64,000 bases of DNA from Candidatus Poribacteria bacterium (GTDB lineage Bacteria > Poribacteria > WGA-4E > WGA-3G), in contig OZ219753.1 in the NCBI GenBank assembly GCA_964291315.2, positions 416,001 to 480,000 on the forward strand, given 5' to 3'. Numbering within the stretch: the first letter of the stretch is position 1; every line of letters begins with the position of its first letter. The position numbers and the translations under genes are program-made. Below, piece after piece: positions 1-9,898 of this stretch. A model generated the notes under the pieces. It saw only the letters and a program-made list of their open reading frames with translations, had not been told where the DNA came from and searched no databases.

Positions 1-519
1 TAAACCCAGCACAAACGAAGGCAGCCGACCATCCACAAACGCGATCTCCTCATACATGCCCGCCACAAGACGATACCCGAGAAAAGCAGGCGACACCTCG
101 CCATAAGGATCGTAAATGTAATACTCACGCACACGCAGCACCGAGGCATACAAGTCACGCTTAGTCGTCAAGTCGTGCTGATAGGTGCTTGGACTCGCCA
201 ACTCTAACACAAAATCGGGGGCGTGTCCCTCGTCCCAGACCCGATAGGTGCGCCGATCCTTTTTGCTAACCCCGAAGACAACGAACACATCTGGCGACAC
301 CGATTTCTTAGGGTTGCCCTCCTCATAATACATCATCAGGTTGCCAGAGACATATACATCGTCGATCTCTTGGAAGTGGTGCCTGAGTATCTGAATGCAA
401 CGCATCATGAGGTCTCTGTGTTTGTCGGTCTCTGCCATGGGTTTACCGTCCGATTCGGGATAGACAATCGTTGGGTCTGGGTAGACCAACGTTGGAACGG
501 CTTTTATTCTTCTGTCCAT
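1..519 (-). CDS. Uma2/DUF820-family PD-(D/E)xK endonuclease (3' end runs off the window; absent from the ORF track)
   Basis: Manual translation from ATG at 519 (SD AGGAGGG): MDRRIKAVPTLVYPDPTIVYPESDGKPMAETDKH...VYVSGNLMMYY...SPDVFVVFG...PDFVLELASPSTYQHDLTTKRDLYASVLRVREYYIYDP. These are the typical Uma2 motifs. Confidence 0.9.
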   Translation of the reverse strand, partial: MDRRIKAVPTLVYPDPTIVYPESDGKPMAETDKHRDLMMRCIQILRHHFQEIDDVYVSGNLMMYYEEGNPKKSVSPDVFVVFGVSKKDRRTYRVWDEGHAPDFVLELASPSTYQHDLTTKRDLYASVLRVREYYIYDPYGEVSPAFLGYRLVAGMYEEIAFVDGRLPSFVLGL

Positions 520-587
520 GGGTCTCCCTCCTGTTGCTGCTATTGTAATGAATTTATAGGATAAAGTGTATCAGCAAAAGCTGCCTA

Positions 588-959
588 TTATGGTTGGACG
601 ATCTGCTGTTGCTTGAGGGCTTCGACATCGTCTGTCAGTGCTTCAATCTGCTTTTCGAAGATGCGTTCTTTTCTCATGCGCCACATCATTATCACTTGTG
701 GGAGCCCTATGACGACCCCTATTATTACCATCAGCCACGTCATCATTTTTTCTATACCGCCGATGCGCCCATTTACAGCGTCGATGCGCCCATTGAGTGA
801 GGCGACTTGAGTCTTTAGGGTCACGATGTCGGCTCTTATCGGCTTCAGCTCCTCGTTGATGATCAACCGTATCTTATTCAGATCGGCATCCGTTAACTCA
901 CAGAACGTAGGCGAAGCAATCACATAAAAGAATACGGAGATTACAAATACCTTTTTCAT
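588..959 (-). CDS. Hypothetical exported/membrane protein (signal peptide, coiled coil, one TM helix)
   Basis: 123-aa ORF with SD GAGGAG, hydrophobic N-terminus, heptad region and TM segment WLMVIIGVVIGLPQVIMMW. Confidence 0.75.
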   Translation of the reverse strand: MKKVFVISVFFYVIASPTFCELTDADLNKIRLIINEELKPIRADIVTLKTQVASLNGRIDAVNGRIGGIEKMMTWLMVIIGVVIGLPQVIMMWRMRKERIFEKQIEALTDDVEALKQQQIVQP

Positions 960-991
960 CCCGGACTCCTCTGGTGCCTATTTTTTCTATC

Positions 992-1007
992 TATAACGTG
1001 AGTTTGA
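992..1007 (-). repeat. Copy of the TCAAACTCACGTTATA site (putative recombination site)
   Basis: tataacgtgagtttga is the exact reverse complement of 44048-44063. Confidence 0.75.
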
Positions 1008-1030
1008 AAAGAGATAGTGCAGGCTTTTAT

Positions 1031-1067
1031 GTAGCCTAACCTGTCAGTTGCCGCATAGGCTGACAGG
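1031..1067. repeat. GTAG-led REP-like hairpin
   Basis: GTAG start; cctgtcag (1040-1047) pairs with ctgacagg (1060-1067). Confidence 0.45.
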
Positions 1068-1235
1068 CTCCCGTGCCGCTTCAGCGCTTCTCACACAACA
1101 TACAAAATAATTAGCAGCCCGCGTTAGCCATAAGCAGCCGGATGAGGTGTATCAATCATCGACGAACCCCTCAAGCGATTGCAAAGGATCGCATAACAAA
1201 CAATTCCGACCTAACTGCTGACAGCCGTAGAGTCG

Positions 1236-2777
1236 CTATTTGCTGAAGGCATCCTTATCCGCCATCCGATTATGCAATGCCACTACTTCGTTGGGGATCG
1301 TCGTATCGTCAGCAGCTTTCGGGATAACATCAGGATGCGCCGGGATAACAGGTCTAATAATTTTTAATTGCAGTTGTTCACGGGCATCCATCATCCAGCC
1401 GAAACCTCGGAAGATGTAGGTCAACAGCGTTCTGTCGGTTTCGTAGATGTCCAATCCCTCTTGGACAGACCATCCGCCAAAGTCGGTGTTGGGTGTTAGC
1501 CGGAGTGGCGGCTGGTCTTCACGGCCTGGGCGGATAAAACCTTCAATAAAAGCGAGTTGATAAATACGTTGGGCAATCCCCAGGCGTTTTCTCTGCTGAT
1601 CGCTGAGTCGGATATCTCCGTTGTCAAGTGCTTCTAAAAACGGATTGAAGTAGATAGCGGGTCTCGGATCCTGCTGTATCTCATCAGAACGTCCAGCAGC
1701 AGCGATCTCGGGATGTCCGAAGGTCGGCAGTGCAGTCAGCATCCGCTGGTGGATTGCCTCCTCAAGCTCCTTGTCATCAAGAGATTCTATTTCGTTAATA
1801 AACGCTGTCATATCATGAATTGCCCCAAAGTGCCGGTTTCCATCTAGAGCCATCTGTGAAGCGACAAAAAAATCGGGGACCGCACCAGTGTGCAAAGTAG
1901 CAAGATAACGTGCGATAACATTAGATCCAGCGGAACCATGGTGGATCTGTATAATGCCCATCCGTTCAAGAATATCGGCCTCAATGGCGTTCGCCTTGCG
2001 GCCTAAGAGAAGGCTATAGGAGGTCTGGAAGGCGGTCTTTCCGTTTTTCTTATGCTCGGCGATGAGATCAGTCGCGCGCATCGCAAGAACTTGCGGGTGT
2101 AGGGCACTGTTCTCACGGAGGTGATGCCGCATATACGTGGAAACTGTTCCGATAGCAACATTTTCCATGTGTACCTCGATAAGTTCGGCGAGAAGCTCGC
2201 CCGGCTCTCTTGTGCTGCTGATTCCTTTTTGATCCGGATTGCTGATTTTACGGAGTGTTGAAAAATGTTGAATCACAGCTTCGGGGCCGGCTCCAGGGAA
2301 GGCTTTAACAAACTCTGCAACCTGATTGATAAGACGTTGGTCCCCTGTCAGATTCTCTCTATGCGCTGTCGTGATCTCATAAAATTTCTTGTCTATTAGT
2401 TGAGTGAGTGCTGTTTCTTCATCTACTTCGGGTCTTCTGCCAAAGAGCCCCACAAAAATAACATACGGTGGACTGAGTCGGCTTGCAAGGATCTCACTTT
2501 CAGATACGATACCGCGGAGGGCAAAACTACGAATATTCAGCGTTATCTGAGTGTCAGCGCAGTCAACCGCAGTTTTGTGCAGCACCGGATTCGCGAAAAC
2601 AGTCGTTGACTGCGGCATCGAGCTAAAACTGTTAAGCACCGCTAAAATTCCGGCTTCGCCTAACTCATTTGCTCTATTTAAAGCATCTGTTACTGGCGAA
2701 TACGCTGAGGCTTCAGGTACATCAGACAGGATTTTTTCAATCTCGGCTTCCTGCTTTGTCTCCAAATTCTTATTCAA
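1236..2777 (-). CDS. Divergent citrate synthase / 2-methylcitrate synthase family protein
   Basis: Motifs HHGSAGSN..AR, HFGA, TFGHP, DPR, PNTDF, RGFGW. The His-His-Asp catalytic equivalents are retained. Confidence 0.75.
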   Translation of the reverse strand: MNKNLETKQEAEIEKILSDVPEASAYSPVTDALNRANELGEAGILAVLNSFSSMPQSTTVFANPVLHKTAVDCADTQITLNIRSFALRGIVSESEILASRLSPPYVIFVGLFGRRPEVDEETALTQLIDKKFYEITTAHRENLTGDQRLINQVAEFVKAFPGAGPEAVIQHFSTLRKISNPDQKGISSTREPGELLAELIEVHMENVAIGTVSTYMRHHLRENSALHPQVLAMRATDLIAEHKKNGKTAFQTSYSLLLGRKANAIEADILERMGIIQIHHGSAGSNVIARYLATLHTGAVPDFFVASQMALDGNRHFGAIHDMTAFINEIESLDDKELEEAIHQRMLTALPTFGHPEIAAAGRSDEIQQDPRPAIYFNPFLEALDNGDIRLSDQQRKRLGIAQRIYQLAFIEGFIRPGREDQPPLRLTPNTDFGGWSVQEGLDIYETDRTLLTYIFRGFGWMMDAREQLQLKIIRPVIPAHPDVIPKAADDTTIPNEVVALHNRMADKDAFSK

Positions 2778-2949
2778 AATTGGTTCTCCTTGATTAATTT
2801 ACTATTTTTTCGGGATAAGTTCAGTCTAGCAAACTTCACTGAATTTTAACCTGTCTGGATCCGCATAATCACCTGCACACTCGATGACGATAAGGTGCTA
2901 TAGGTTCCGATAAAAAACTCCTGACCGGCTATTTTCAAAACTCTAAATT

Positions 2950-2978
2950 ATTTTAGCAGAATTTCGGTGAAAAGTCAA
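2950..2978 (-). promoter_or_regulatory. Sigma70-type promoter for the citrate-synthase-like gene
   Basis: TTGACT-17 bp-TAAAAT on the minus strand. Confidence 0.6.
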
Positions 2979-3159
2979 GATAAAAACTGAAAACTTTGGT
3001 GGGCGCTGAATTGTCTTGTAGGACCAGCTTGTAGAACATAGAAAGGCTCATAACCCCGAGACTTCATTGAAGAGCGGATCCCCTAATCTCGCCTTCTGCG
3101 ATACAAGTGTTTATAATGAATTCAAAAAACAGATCGGCGCAAAACATTGAAAATTTGAC

Positions 3160-3188
3160 TTGCAGAAATGCAGATTTTGTAGTATCAT
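3160..3188 (+). promoter_or_regulatory. Possible sigma70 promoter for the BMC locus
   Basis: TTGCAG-17 bp-TATCAT. Confidence 0.45.
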
Positions 3189-3318
3189 TATTAGTGAATC
3201 TATTTGATTAAGGGACCTTTGCATGTACCCACATCATGTGAGAGCAATAAAGATATACCGGCGGTGCGATGCACGGTGCCTTCATTCTAGCTTTTACACA
3301 AACAAGGAGTTTAATTAG

Positions 3319-3615
3319 ATGAGCAATGAAGCATTAGGAATGGTTGAAACACGCGGACTCGTCGGCGCGGTTGAAGCCGCGGATGCTATGGTGAAAGCCG
3401 CAAACGTTAAACTGATGGGGAAAGAACAAGTCGGCGGCGGTTTTGTCACTGTCATGGTGCGTGGGGATGTCGGCGCGGTGCAAGCCGCAACAGACGCAGG
3501 CGCAGAAGCTGCAAAAACCGTCGGAGAATTGGTATCCGTACACGTCATCCCTCGCCCACACTCAGATGTGGAAACCATTCTCGGCGCGAGTTCAGCCAAA
3601 GGTGGCAGCAAATAA
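3319..3615 (+). CDS. Bacterial microcompartment shell hexamer protein (BMC-H, EutM/PduA/CcmK family)
   Basis: [26 protein letters not shown]...RGDVGAV...HVIPRPH; SD AAGGAG. Confidence 0.97.
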   Translation: MSNEALGMVETRGLVGAVEAADAMVKAANVKLMGKEQVGGGFVTVMVRGDVGAVQAATDAGAEAAKTVGELVSVHVIPRPHSDVETILGASSAKGGSK

Positions 3616-3623
3616 ACGGATCC

Positions 3624-3661
3624 TGTAGGGCGACGGATGACTTGCACGCCTCAGCCCTACA
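3624..3661. repeat. GTAG-type REP-like inverted repeat
   Basis: tgtagggc (3624-3631) / gccctaca (3654-3661), perfect 8-bp arms. Confidence 0.55.
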
Positions 3662-3796
3662 CCCCTTCCCCAAAAAGACGTTATGATTCCCACGGAGAAC
3701 GGGTCGGTAACACCCGCCCGGGTCCCGAAAAATACTCCATGATTTCACATATATCTTCACGAGTAGGACGTGCGTGAAGAGGCATTGGAGGGTTGA

Positions 3797-5224
3797 ATGG
3801 CACAAATTGACGAAAAAAATATCGAGCAAATCGTTTCCCAAGTTCTGAGAACCTTGCAGCAAGATCAATCGATAAGAGCTCAACCGTCGGAAACAATGAG
3901 TGCGCCCGCCTCGCGTGCCGGAGTTTTCGCCACAGCAACAGAAGCCATCGCTGCAGCCAAAACAGCACAAGCAGCATTCGTTAAACTTGGGTTCGCCAAA
4001 AGACGAGAAATTATAGAAGCAATTAAAGAGGTCTCACTTGCTAACGCTAAACGACTCGCGGATCTCGCCGTACAAGACACGAAAATGGGAAATGCAGCAC
4101 ACAAACTTATGAAAAATGAGGGTGCTGTCACACTTTCACCTGGTGTCGACGATCTGCTGTCGGAGTCAATCTCAGGGGATGCTGGAACGCTTCTGATTGA
4201 GTACGTTCCTTTCGGTGTTATCAACTCGATTACGCCCACTACAAATCCCACATCGACAGTGATTAATCACGCGATTATAATGCTATCTAGTGGAAATGCT
4301 GTTGTTTTTAGTGCACATCCGAACGCCCGCGATTGCACCGAAGAGACGATGCACGTTATTAACGAAGCAATTGTAAAGGCCGGTGCCCCGGCAAACTTGA
4401 TCACTTCTGTCGCAAATGCCAATCTACGGACCGCAAAAGAGATTATGGAGCATCCCGATATCGCTATGGTGGTTGCAACCGGCGGTGTTTCTGTTGTCAG
4501 AGCAGCCTTATCAAGCGGGAAAAAAACCGTCGCTGCAGGCCCCGGCAATCCACCTGCGATTATCGACGAAACCGCCGAGATCCAAGAAGCAGCCAAACAC
4601 GTGATAGCCGGTACCAGCTTCGATAATAACCTGCTCTGCATCGGAGAAAAAGCTCTCTTTGTTATAGACTCTGTCGCAGATCAAACTATCCAAGAACTCA
4701 CGCGAAATGGTGGACATCTGCTCGGCACAACCCAGCGCGAGAGGCTAGAAGCAGTTGTTACAGAAAACGGAGAGCCAAACAAGGAATACATAGGTAAAGA
4801 TGCTACGACTATCTTAAACGCCGCAGGCATCACTGCCCCGACAGAGACGGTCGCCATTGTTGTAGAAGTACCCGCGGACCATGAATTGGTCGTCAACGAG
4901 TACCTGATGCCGATCCTGCCCGTGGTTCGATGCCGAGATTTTGATGAAGCGTTGGCAGGTGCAGCCAGGGCAGAAGGCGGACGCAGACATACCGCAGTAC
5001 TCCACACAAATAATACCAAACGTATTACGCAATTCACAAAAACAATGGCCTGCTCTGTTACAGTCATCAACGCTCCCTCTTACGCCTCTTGTGGACTTGA
5101 AGGCGAAGGCTTTTTAGCGATGACTATCGCAGGCCCCACCGGCGAAGGCTTTACGCGACCACGCACCTTTACTCGCCAGAGACGATTAACACTTGCGAAC
5201 AATTTATCAGCACATACGCTGTGA
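3797..5224 (+). CDS. CoA-acylating aldehyde dehydrogenase (EutE/PduP type) with N-terminal BMC encapsulation peptide
   Basis: PTTNPT, ATGG, AGPGNPP, FDNNLLCIGEK (catalytic Cys), TGEG. N-terminal amphipathic helix IDEKNIEQIVSQVLRTL followed by a linker. Confidence 0.93.
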   Translation: MAQIDEKNIEQIVSQVLRTLQQDQSIRAQPSETMSAPASRAGVFATATEAIAAAKTAQAAFVKLGFAKRREIIEAIKEVSLANAKRLADLAVQDTKMGNAAHKLMKNEGAVTLSPGVDDLLSESISGDAGTLLIEYVPFGVINSITPTTNPTSTVINHAIIMLSSGNAVVFSAHPNARDCTEETMHVINEAIVKAGAPANLITSVANANLRTAKEIMEHPDIAMVVATGGVSVVRAALSSGKKTVAAGPGNPPAIIDETAEIQEAAKHVIAGTSFDNNLLCIGEKALFVIDSVADQTIQELTRNGGHLLGTTQRERLEAVVTENGEPNKEYIGKDATTILNAAGITAPTETVAIVVEVPADHELVVNEYLMPILPVVRCRDFDEALAGAARAEGGRRHTAVLHTNNTKRITQFTKTMACSVTVINAPSYASCGLEGEGFLAMTIAGPTGEGFTRPRTFTRQRRLTLANNLSAHTL

Positions 5225-5294
5225 CGCGAATAGACCAACTTGCGGCAGGTCGTGCCGTTGAATTTTCACCTTTCCTAAGGTCGAATCGGGTGTT

Positions 5295-7301
5295 ATGCAG
5301 ACAGAGATTGAGAAACTCAGGGCGTTAATACGTTATCATGAGCACAAGTACTATGTCGAAAATCAGCCGGAAATCTCTGACACAGATTTTGACGCGCTCA
5401 TGACGGAACTTGAGGCGCTTGAATCATCCGACGCAACGCCTATCCCCCCGGATTCACCAACGCAACGGGTGGGGGGCGGCGTAGAATTAGGCACTCGATT
5501 ACCGCATCGCAGCCCAATGTTGAGCCTGAACAATAGCTACGATGAAAAGGAACTCCTGGAATTCGGAGAACGTGTGCAACGGTTGTTAAAAGTCATCCCC
5601 GTTGAATACGTTACCGAGCTGAAAATCGACGGGTTAGGCGTTTCGCTCACCTATGAAAACGGGATCTTTACACAAGGCCTCACGCGCGGTGATGGCGAAT
5701 ACGGAGAAGATGTAACCGACAATTTACGGACCATCCGATCTGTACCGCTGCGGCTCACAGAAACGGAAACAACAGTGCCGGCCATGCTAGAAGTGCGGGG
5801 TGAGGTCTTCATTCCGAAGCATCGCCTTGATGAAATCAACACACAACGTGAGGCGGAAGGGGACCCGCCCTTCGCGAATCCACGAAACGCTGCCGCCGGT
5901 TCACTCAGACTGTTAGATGCCGCTATCACCGCTTCACGACCGTTAGATATTTTCGTATACAATCTCGATTACGCCGAAGGATTTGAGTTCACAAAACATA
6001 CAGAATCATTAGAAAACATGCGGCATTGGGGGTTGAAATGTAACCCAAATACTGCCTGCCACAAATCAATTGAAGGCGTTCAAGCCTATTACCAACACTG
6101 GGTCGAAAAACGGCATGAACTTCCATATGAGGTTGACGGTATTGTTGTAAAAGTCAACCAGATCTCCCAGCAACAGACCCTTGGATCCACTTCTAAATAC
6201 CCGCGTTGGGCAATTGCATACAAATTCAGCGCACAGCAAGCCATCACGACTGTTGAGAAAATAGAGGTGCAGGTAGGACGTACCGGGACACTGACCCCCG
6301 TTGCCATTTTGAAGCCGATACAGCTTGCAGGGGCAACGATTACAAACGCTACACTCCACAATGAACAGGAGATTCGGGCAAAAGACGTTCGCGTCGGTGA
6401 CCGAATTCTGCTTGAACGCGCCGGAGATGTTATCCCTAAAATTGTTGAAGTGCTAACGGCAGACCGGACGGGTGATGAAGTTGTTTTCGAATTTCCCGAA
6501 CGTTGCCCGGCTTGTGGTACCACCGCCCAGCGCACCGAAAAAGAGGTCGCTGTTCGATGCGGGAATGTCAGATGTGCGGCACAACTGAAACGTCGCATCG
6601 CGCATTACGTTTCGCGAAATGCTCTCCAAATTGAAGGGCTTGGACCTGCCACAATTGCCCAATTGGTCGATAAAAAATTAGTGCATGACGTGGCGGATCT
6701 TTATACATTAAAGGCAGCGGAATTAAGCAAATTAGATCGGATGGGTGCACTCTCCGCCCGAAACCTGGTTCACCACATTGAGCAGAGTAAGACGGTACCG
6801 GCAGAAAGATTGCTCTTCGGGCTCGGTATTCTTCATGTAGGTGAAAATGTCGCCGCTCTGCTCATCGAAACCTTCTTAGCATTAGACAAACTCAGTGAAG
6901 CAAAACCAGAAGACATCGAATCGGTGAAAGGGATCGGCACACAGATAGCAGAAAGTGTATATAGATTCTTTTTGAAGAACCAAGCACTCCTCGAAAAATT
7001 ACGGCAGGCAGGCTTACATTGCTTCACAACACAGGCAGCATCTACTCAATCGCAAGCAAGTGACACTGTAGATAATAGCTTCTTCAGCGGAAAAACTTTT
7101 GTTGTGACAGGCAGTCTTAAGGGGATGACTCGTTCAGAAGCGTCTGATAGGATTAAAAACCGAGGCGGAAGGGTTACCTCAAGTGTGACAAGTAAAACAG
7201 ACTACCTCATTGCCGGCAAGAACAGCGGGAGCAAATACACGAAGGCAGAAGTACTGGGGATCCCAATTTTGACAGAAACCGAATTTCTCGAAAAACTGTA
7301 G
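5295..7301 (+). CDS. ligA: NAD-dependent DNA ligase
   Basis: KIDG adenylation motif, NPRNAAAGSLR, Zn finger, HhH repeats, C-terminal BRCT. Confidence 0.98.
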   Translation: MQTEIEKLRALIRYHEHKYYVENQPEISDTDFDALMTELEALESSDATPIPPDSPTQRVGGGVELGTRLPHRSPMLSLNNSYDEKELLEFGERVQRLLKVIPVEYVTELKIDGLGVSLTYENGIFTQGLTRGDGEYGEDVTDNLRTIRSVPLRLTETETTVPAMLEVRGEVFIPKHRLDEINTQREAEGDPPFANPRNAAAGSLRLLDAAITASRPLDIFVYNLDYAEGFEFTKHTESLENMRHWGLKCNPNTACHKSIEGVQAYYQHWVEKRHELPYEVDGIVVKVNQISQQQTLGSTSKYPRWAIAYKFSAQQAITTVEKIEVQVGRTGTLTPVAILKPIQLAGATITNATLHNEQEIRAKDVRVGDRILLERAGDVIPKIVEVLTADRTGDEVVFEFPERCPACGTTAQRTEKEVAVRCGNVRCAAQLKRRIAHYVSRNALQIEGLGPATIAQLVDKKLVHDVADLYTLKAAELSKLDRMGALSARNLVHHIEQSKTVPAERLLFGLGILHVGENVAALLIETFLALDKLSEAKPEDIESVKGIGTQIAESVYRFFLKNQALLEKLRQAGLHCFTTQAASTQSQASDTVDNSFFSGKTFVVTGSLKGMTRSEASDRIKNRGGRVTSSVTSKTDYLIAGKNSGSKYTKAEVLGIPILTETEFLEKL

Positions 7302-7333
7302 CAGCACATAGATATACATTCACCTCTCGCCTC

Positions 7334-8011
7334 TCAATCAGAAGATTTGTAGTGCGCACAAGAGGTACGCAAACGGCACTCTTGACAGTTCGGTGTTTTT
7401 TTATGACATACTCTTGCACCATGAGCAACGATTAAGGCGTGATATTCATTGAAGAAGTCAACATTGTGAGGAAGATTGTCCATAAACAGGGCGCGGAGTT
7501 TTTCATAATCATATTTCCCTTCAACCCATCCTAACCGCGAGACAAGTCTATAAGTGTAAGAATCAACGACAAAACTCGGTTTTCCTGCAGCGTAGAGGAT
7601 AATTGTATCCGCTGTTTCGGGACCGATCCCGTAGATAGAAAGGAGTTCCTCACGTAACGCCGGGACATCTTGTGTGAACATCACGGGCATAGGACGTTTC
7701 TTGATATATTCCACAAACGCACGTACCTTTTGTGCCTTCATACGGAAATAGCGTGACGGTCGGAGAAGACGTTCCAATGTAGGTTGACCGACCCAATCTA
7801 TCTCTTCGGGAGTAAGGACACCCGCGGACATGAGATTGTCTAACGCTTTTTCTACATTACGCCAAGCCGTCGCTTGCGTTAGAATCGCACCAAGAACCAC
7901 TTCAAACGGGGTATCTGCGGGCCACCATTTACGGTGTCCGTGTTGCGCAAGAAGCGCATTGTAGAGTGAATACAGTTTTTCAGTCCGATTCTCTTCGCAC
8001 AGAATTTGCAT
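7334..8011 (-). CDS. Endonuclease III-related HhH-GPD DNA glycosylase with 4Fe-4S cluster
   Basis: WWPADTPFEV..GAILTQ, GIGPETAD, VVD, CHKKTPNCQECRLRTSC. Confidence 0.92.
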   Translation of the reverse strand: MQILCEENRTEKLYSLYNALLAQHGHRKWWPADTPFEVVLGAILTQATAWRNVEKALDNLMSAGVLTPEEIDWVGQPTLERLLRPSRYFRMKAQKVRAFVEYIKKRPMPVMFTQDVPALREELLSIYGIGPETADTIILYAAGKPSFVVDSYTYRLVSRLGWVEGKYDYEKLRALFMDNLPHNVDFFNEYHALIVAHGARVCHKKTPNCQECRLRTSCAHYKSSD

Positions 8012-8490
8012 GTGTACGGTATCCTCGATGCTATAAAAGAAAAATTACGGATTTAAGTTTCAGCACCAGCGGAGACAATGGTACATGAAACCTTGCCTAA
8101 TGCACAACGTGGGCAAAAGCCGACAGGCTTGACGCAACCCATCCTAACGCCATAGGCGTTCTTGAAACCAGTCTTATTATACAATCTAGTGCAGAAGCAT
8201 CCAAGTAAATTCTCAATGCCATCTACATCTATCTCACAGTGCTAACGTTGCACTGCAACCCACTAATGGACGTTTCTCTTCAGCACCTGGGGCCCTGGCA
8301 GTGCGAACAGTCAATATCGCTTGTAATTCCGAAATAGCGGTAGGTACTCTCGACGCTCTTCCATTTGATGCCTTGCGGTTGTCTTGTGAACCATCGCCTT
8401 GAATATGGAGCCGTATGTTCATTTGAAATTGTTTTTGATTTATGCTAACCTATCGATGTATTCGAACTTGCACAAGATGAGAGATAAAAA

Positions 8491-9546
8491 ATGGTAGAAC
8501 AATTACGACCAAAATCACATAGAATCGCCATTCTTGCCGAAGGCTCATTTGGTGTGCTTGAATCGAAAACTGCCACAGTTCTCGTGCGTTATCTTCCCGA
8601 GAATGTCGTCGCAGTTATAGATAGCTTTAATGCGGGGCGGGATGTCAGTGAAATCATTGAAATTGGTGAAGGTATACCGATTGTCTGCGATCTTGCTGAG
8701 GCGATGCGTTTTAACCCCACGATGCTCGCTATCGGCATTGCTCCACCGGGGGGCGAACTACCATCTACATGGTACCCGACTCTTCGCCAAGCAATGCACA
8801 ACAAACTACATATTATGAGCGGTCTTCATCAATTTTTGAGTGAAGACACAGAACTGTCCGAGCTGGCGGCAACTCACAATGTTATCTTATGGGATATCCG
8901 AAAACCCCCTCCTTGTTTACCCGTTGCGACTTGTAAAGCTGCTAATGTCGATGCGACTGTTATTCTCACCGTAGGTTCAGATTGCCGCGTCGGTAAAATG
9001 CTATCTGGTATAGAAATTACAAATGCTATACGGGCAAAGGGCATAAAAGCGGAATTCTGCCCGACAGGACAAAATGGGATTATGATATGGGGGTGGGGCA
9101 TTGCTATCGATGCCGTCGTCTCTGATTTCACTGCCGGCGCAGCAGAGCAGGTTGTGATTGAAGGCGCGAAAAACCATGAGCTCCTTATCGTCGAAGGGCA
9201 AGGTTCACTGGTACATCCTGGATACTCTGGCGTAACCCTCAGTCTGCTTCACGGGAGTCTCCCGGATGCAATGATATTCTGTCATCAACCCTCACGGAAT
9301 ACCGTCGCTCGCTACACAGTGTCGTTGCCACCGCTGCCCGATATGATAGCACAATATGAAACGATGGCTGCCCTCATAAAACCGGCTAAAGTGATTGGGT
9401 TGGCACTGAACTGTTTCGACTTGTCTAAATCGGAGGCACAGGAGACTATCCGCGCGGCAGAAGCCGAAACCGGGTTACCCGCAACGGATGTGGTGCGATT
9501 CGGGACAGATAAACTCGTTGATGCCATACAAAACGTACACAGTTAA
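8491..9546 (+). CDS. DUF1611-family P-loop protein (DgcN-like)
   Basis: GIAPPGG, SGLH, GSDCRVGKM, TGQNG, EGQGSL.HP.YSGVT..LLHG. Confidence 0.9.
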   Translation: MVEQLRPKSHRIAILAEGSFGVLESKTATVLVRYLPENVVAVIDSFNAGRDVSEIIEIGEGIPIVCDLAEAMRFNPTMLAIGIAPPGGELPSTWYPTLRQAMHNKLHIMSGLHQFLSEDTELSELAATHNVILWDIRKPPPCLPVATCKAANVDATVILTVGSDCRVGKMLSGIEITNAIRAKGIKAEFCPTGQNGIMIWGWGIAIDAVVSDFTAGAAEQVVIEGAKNHELLIVEGQGSLVHPGYSGVTLSLLHGSLPDAMIFCHQPSRNTVARYTVSLPPLPDMIAQYETMAALIKPAKVIGLALNCFDLSKSEAQETIRAAEAETGLPATDVVRFGTDKLVDAIQNVHS

Positions 9547-9742
9547 CATCCTCTGCCGTCTAAGGCTGCACAGATTTGGTTGTAAGTCGGGCTAATATTG
9601 CCTTGCTTGCAAAGATTAATACAATTTTAGTTTTCTGCGCGCCCCCGTTTTTCGACAGGTTCAGATGTTTCATTTCTCTCCTTGTCGGGTTAATTCGTAA
9701 ATAGCGACCCTCAAATTGTTAATAATCCACGGACAAAATGTG

Positions 9743-9771
9743 TTGATTTTTCGCATCAAATATGGTATAGT
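9743..9771 (+). promoter_or_regulatory. Sigma70-type promoter for the helicase-exonuclease gene
   Basis: TTGATT-17 bp-TATAGT with extended -10 TG. Confidence 0.6.
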
Positions 9772-9898
9772 AACATAGGTCCGGACTTACGGTCAAATCT
9801 TCACATCGGTGCTATAATCTTCAACCTAAACGCTATACTGCACAAAACATAGAAACTGATCCAAAACTTTTCCGATAGGATGTACTGGAGAAAACCCG

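Noticed and set aside
223-564. 113-aa plus-strand ORF in the track
   Set aside because: It is the antisense shadow of the Uma2 gene, which has clear family motifs.
8234-8422. 62-aa ORF or possible 6S-like RNA in the divergent spacer
   Set aside because: No homology motif, and no long closing stem or central bubble could be built; only small hairpins.
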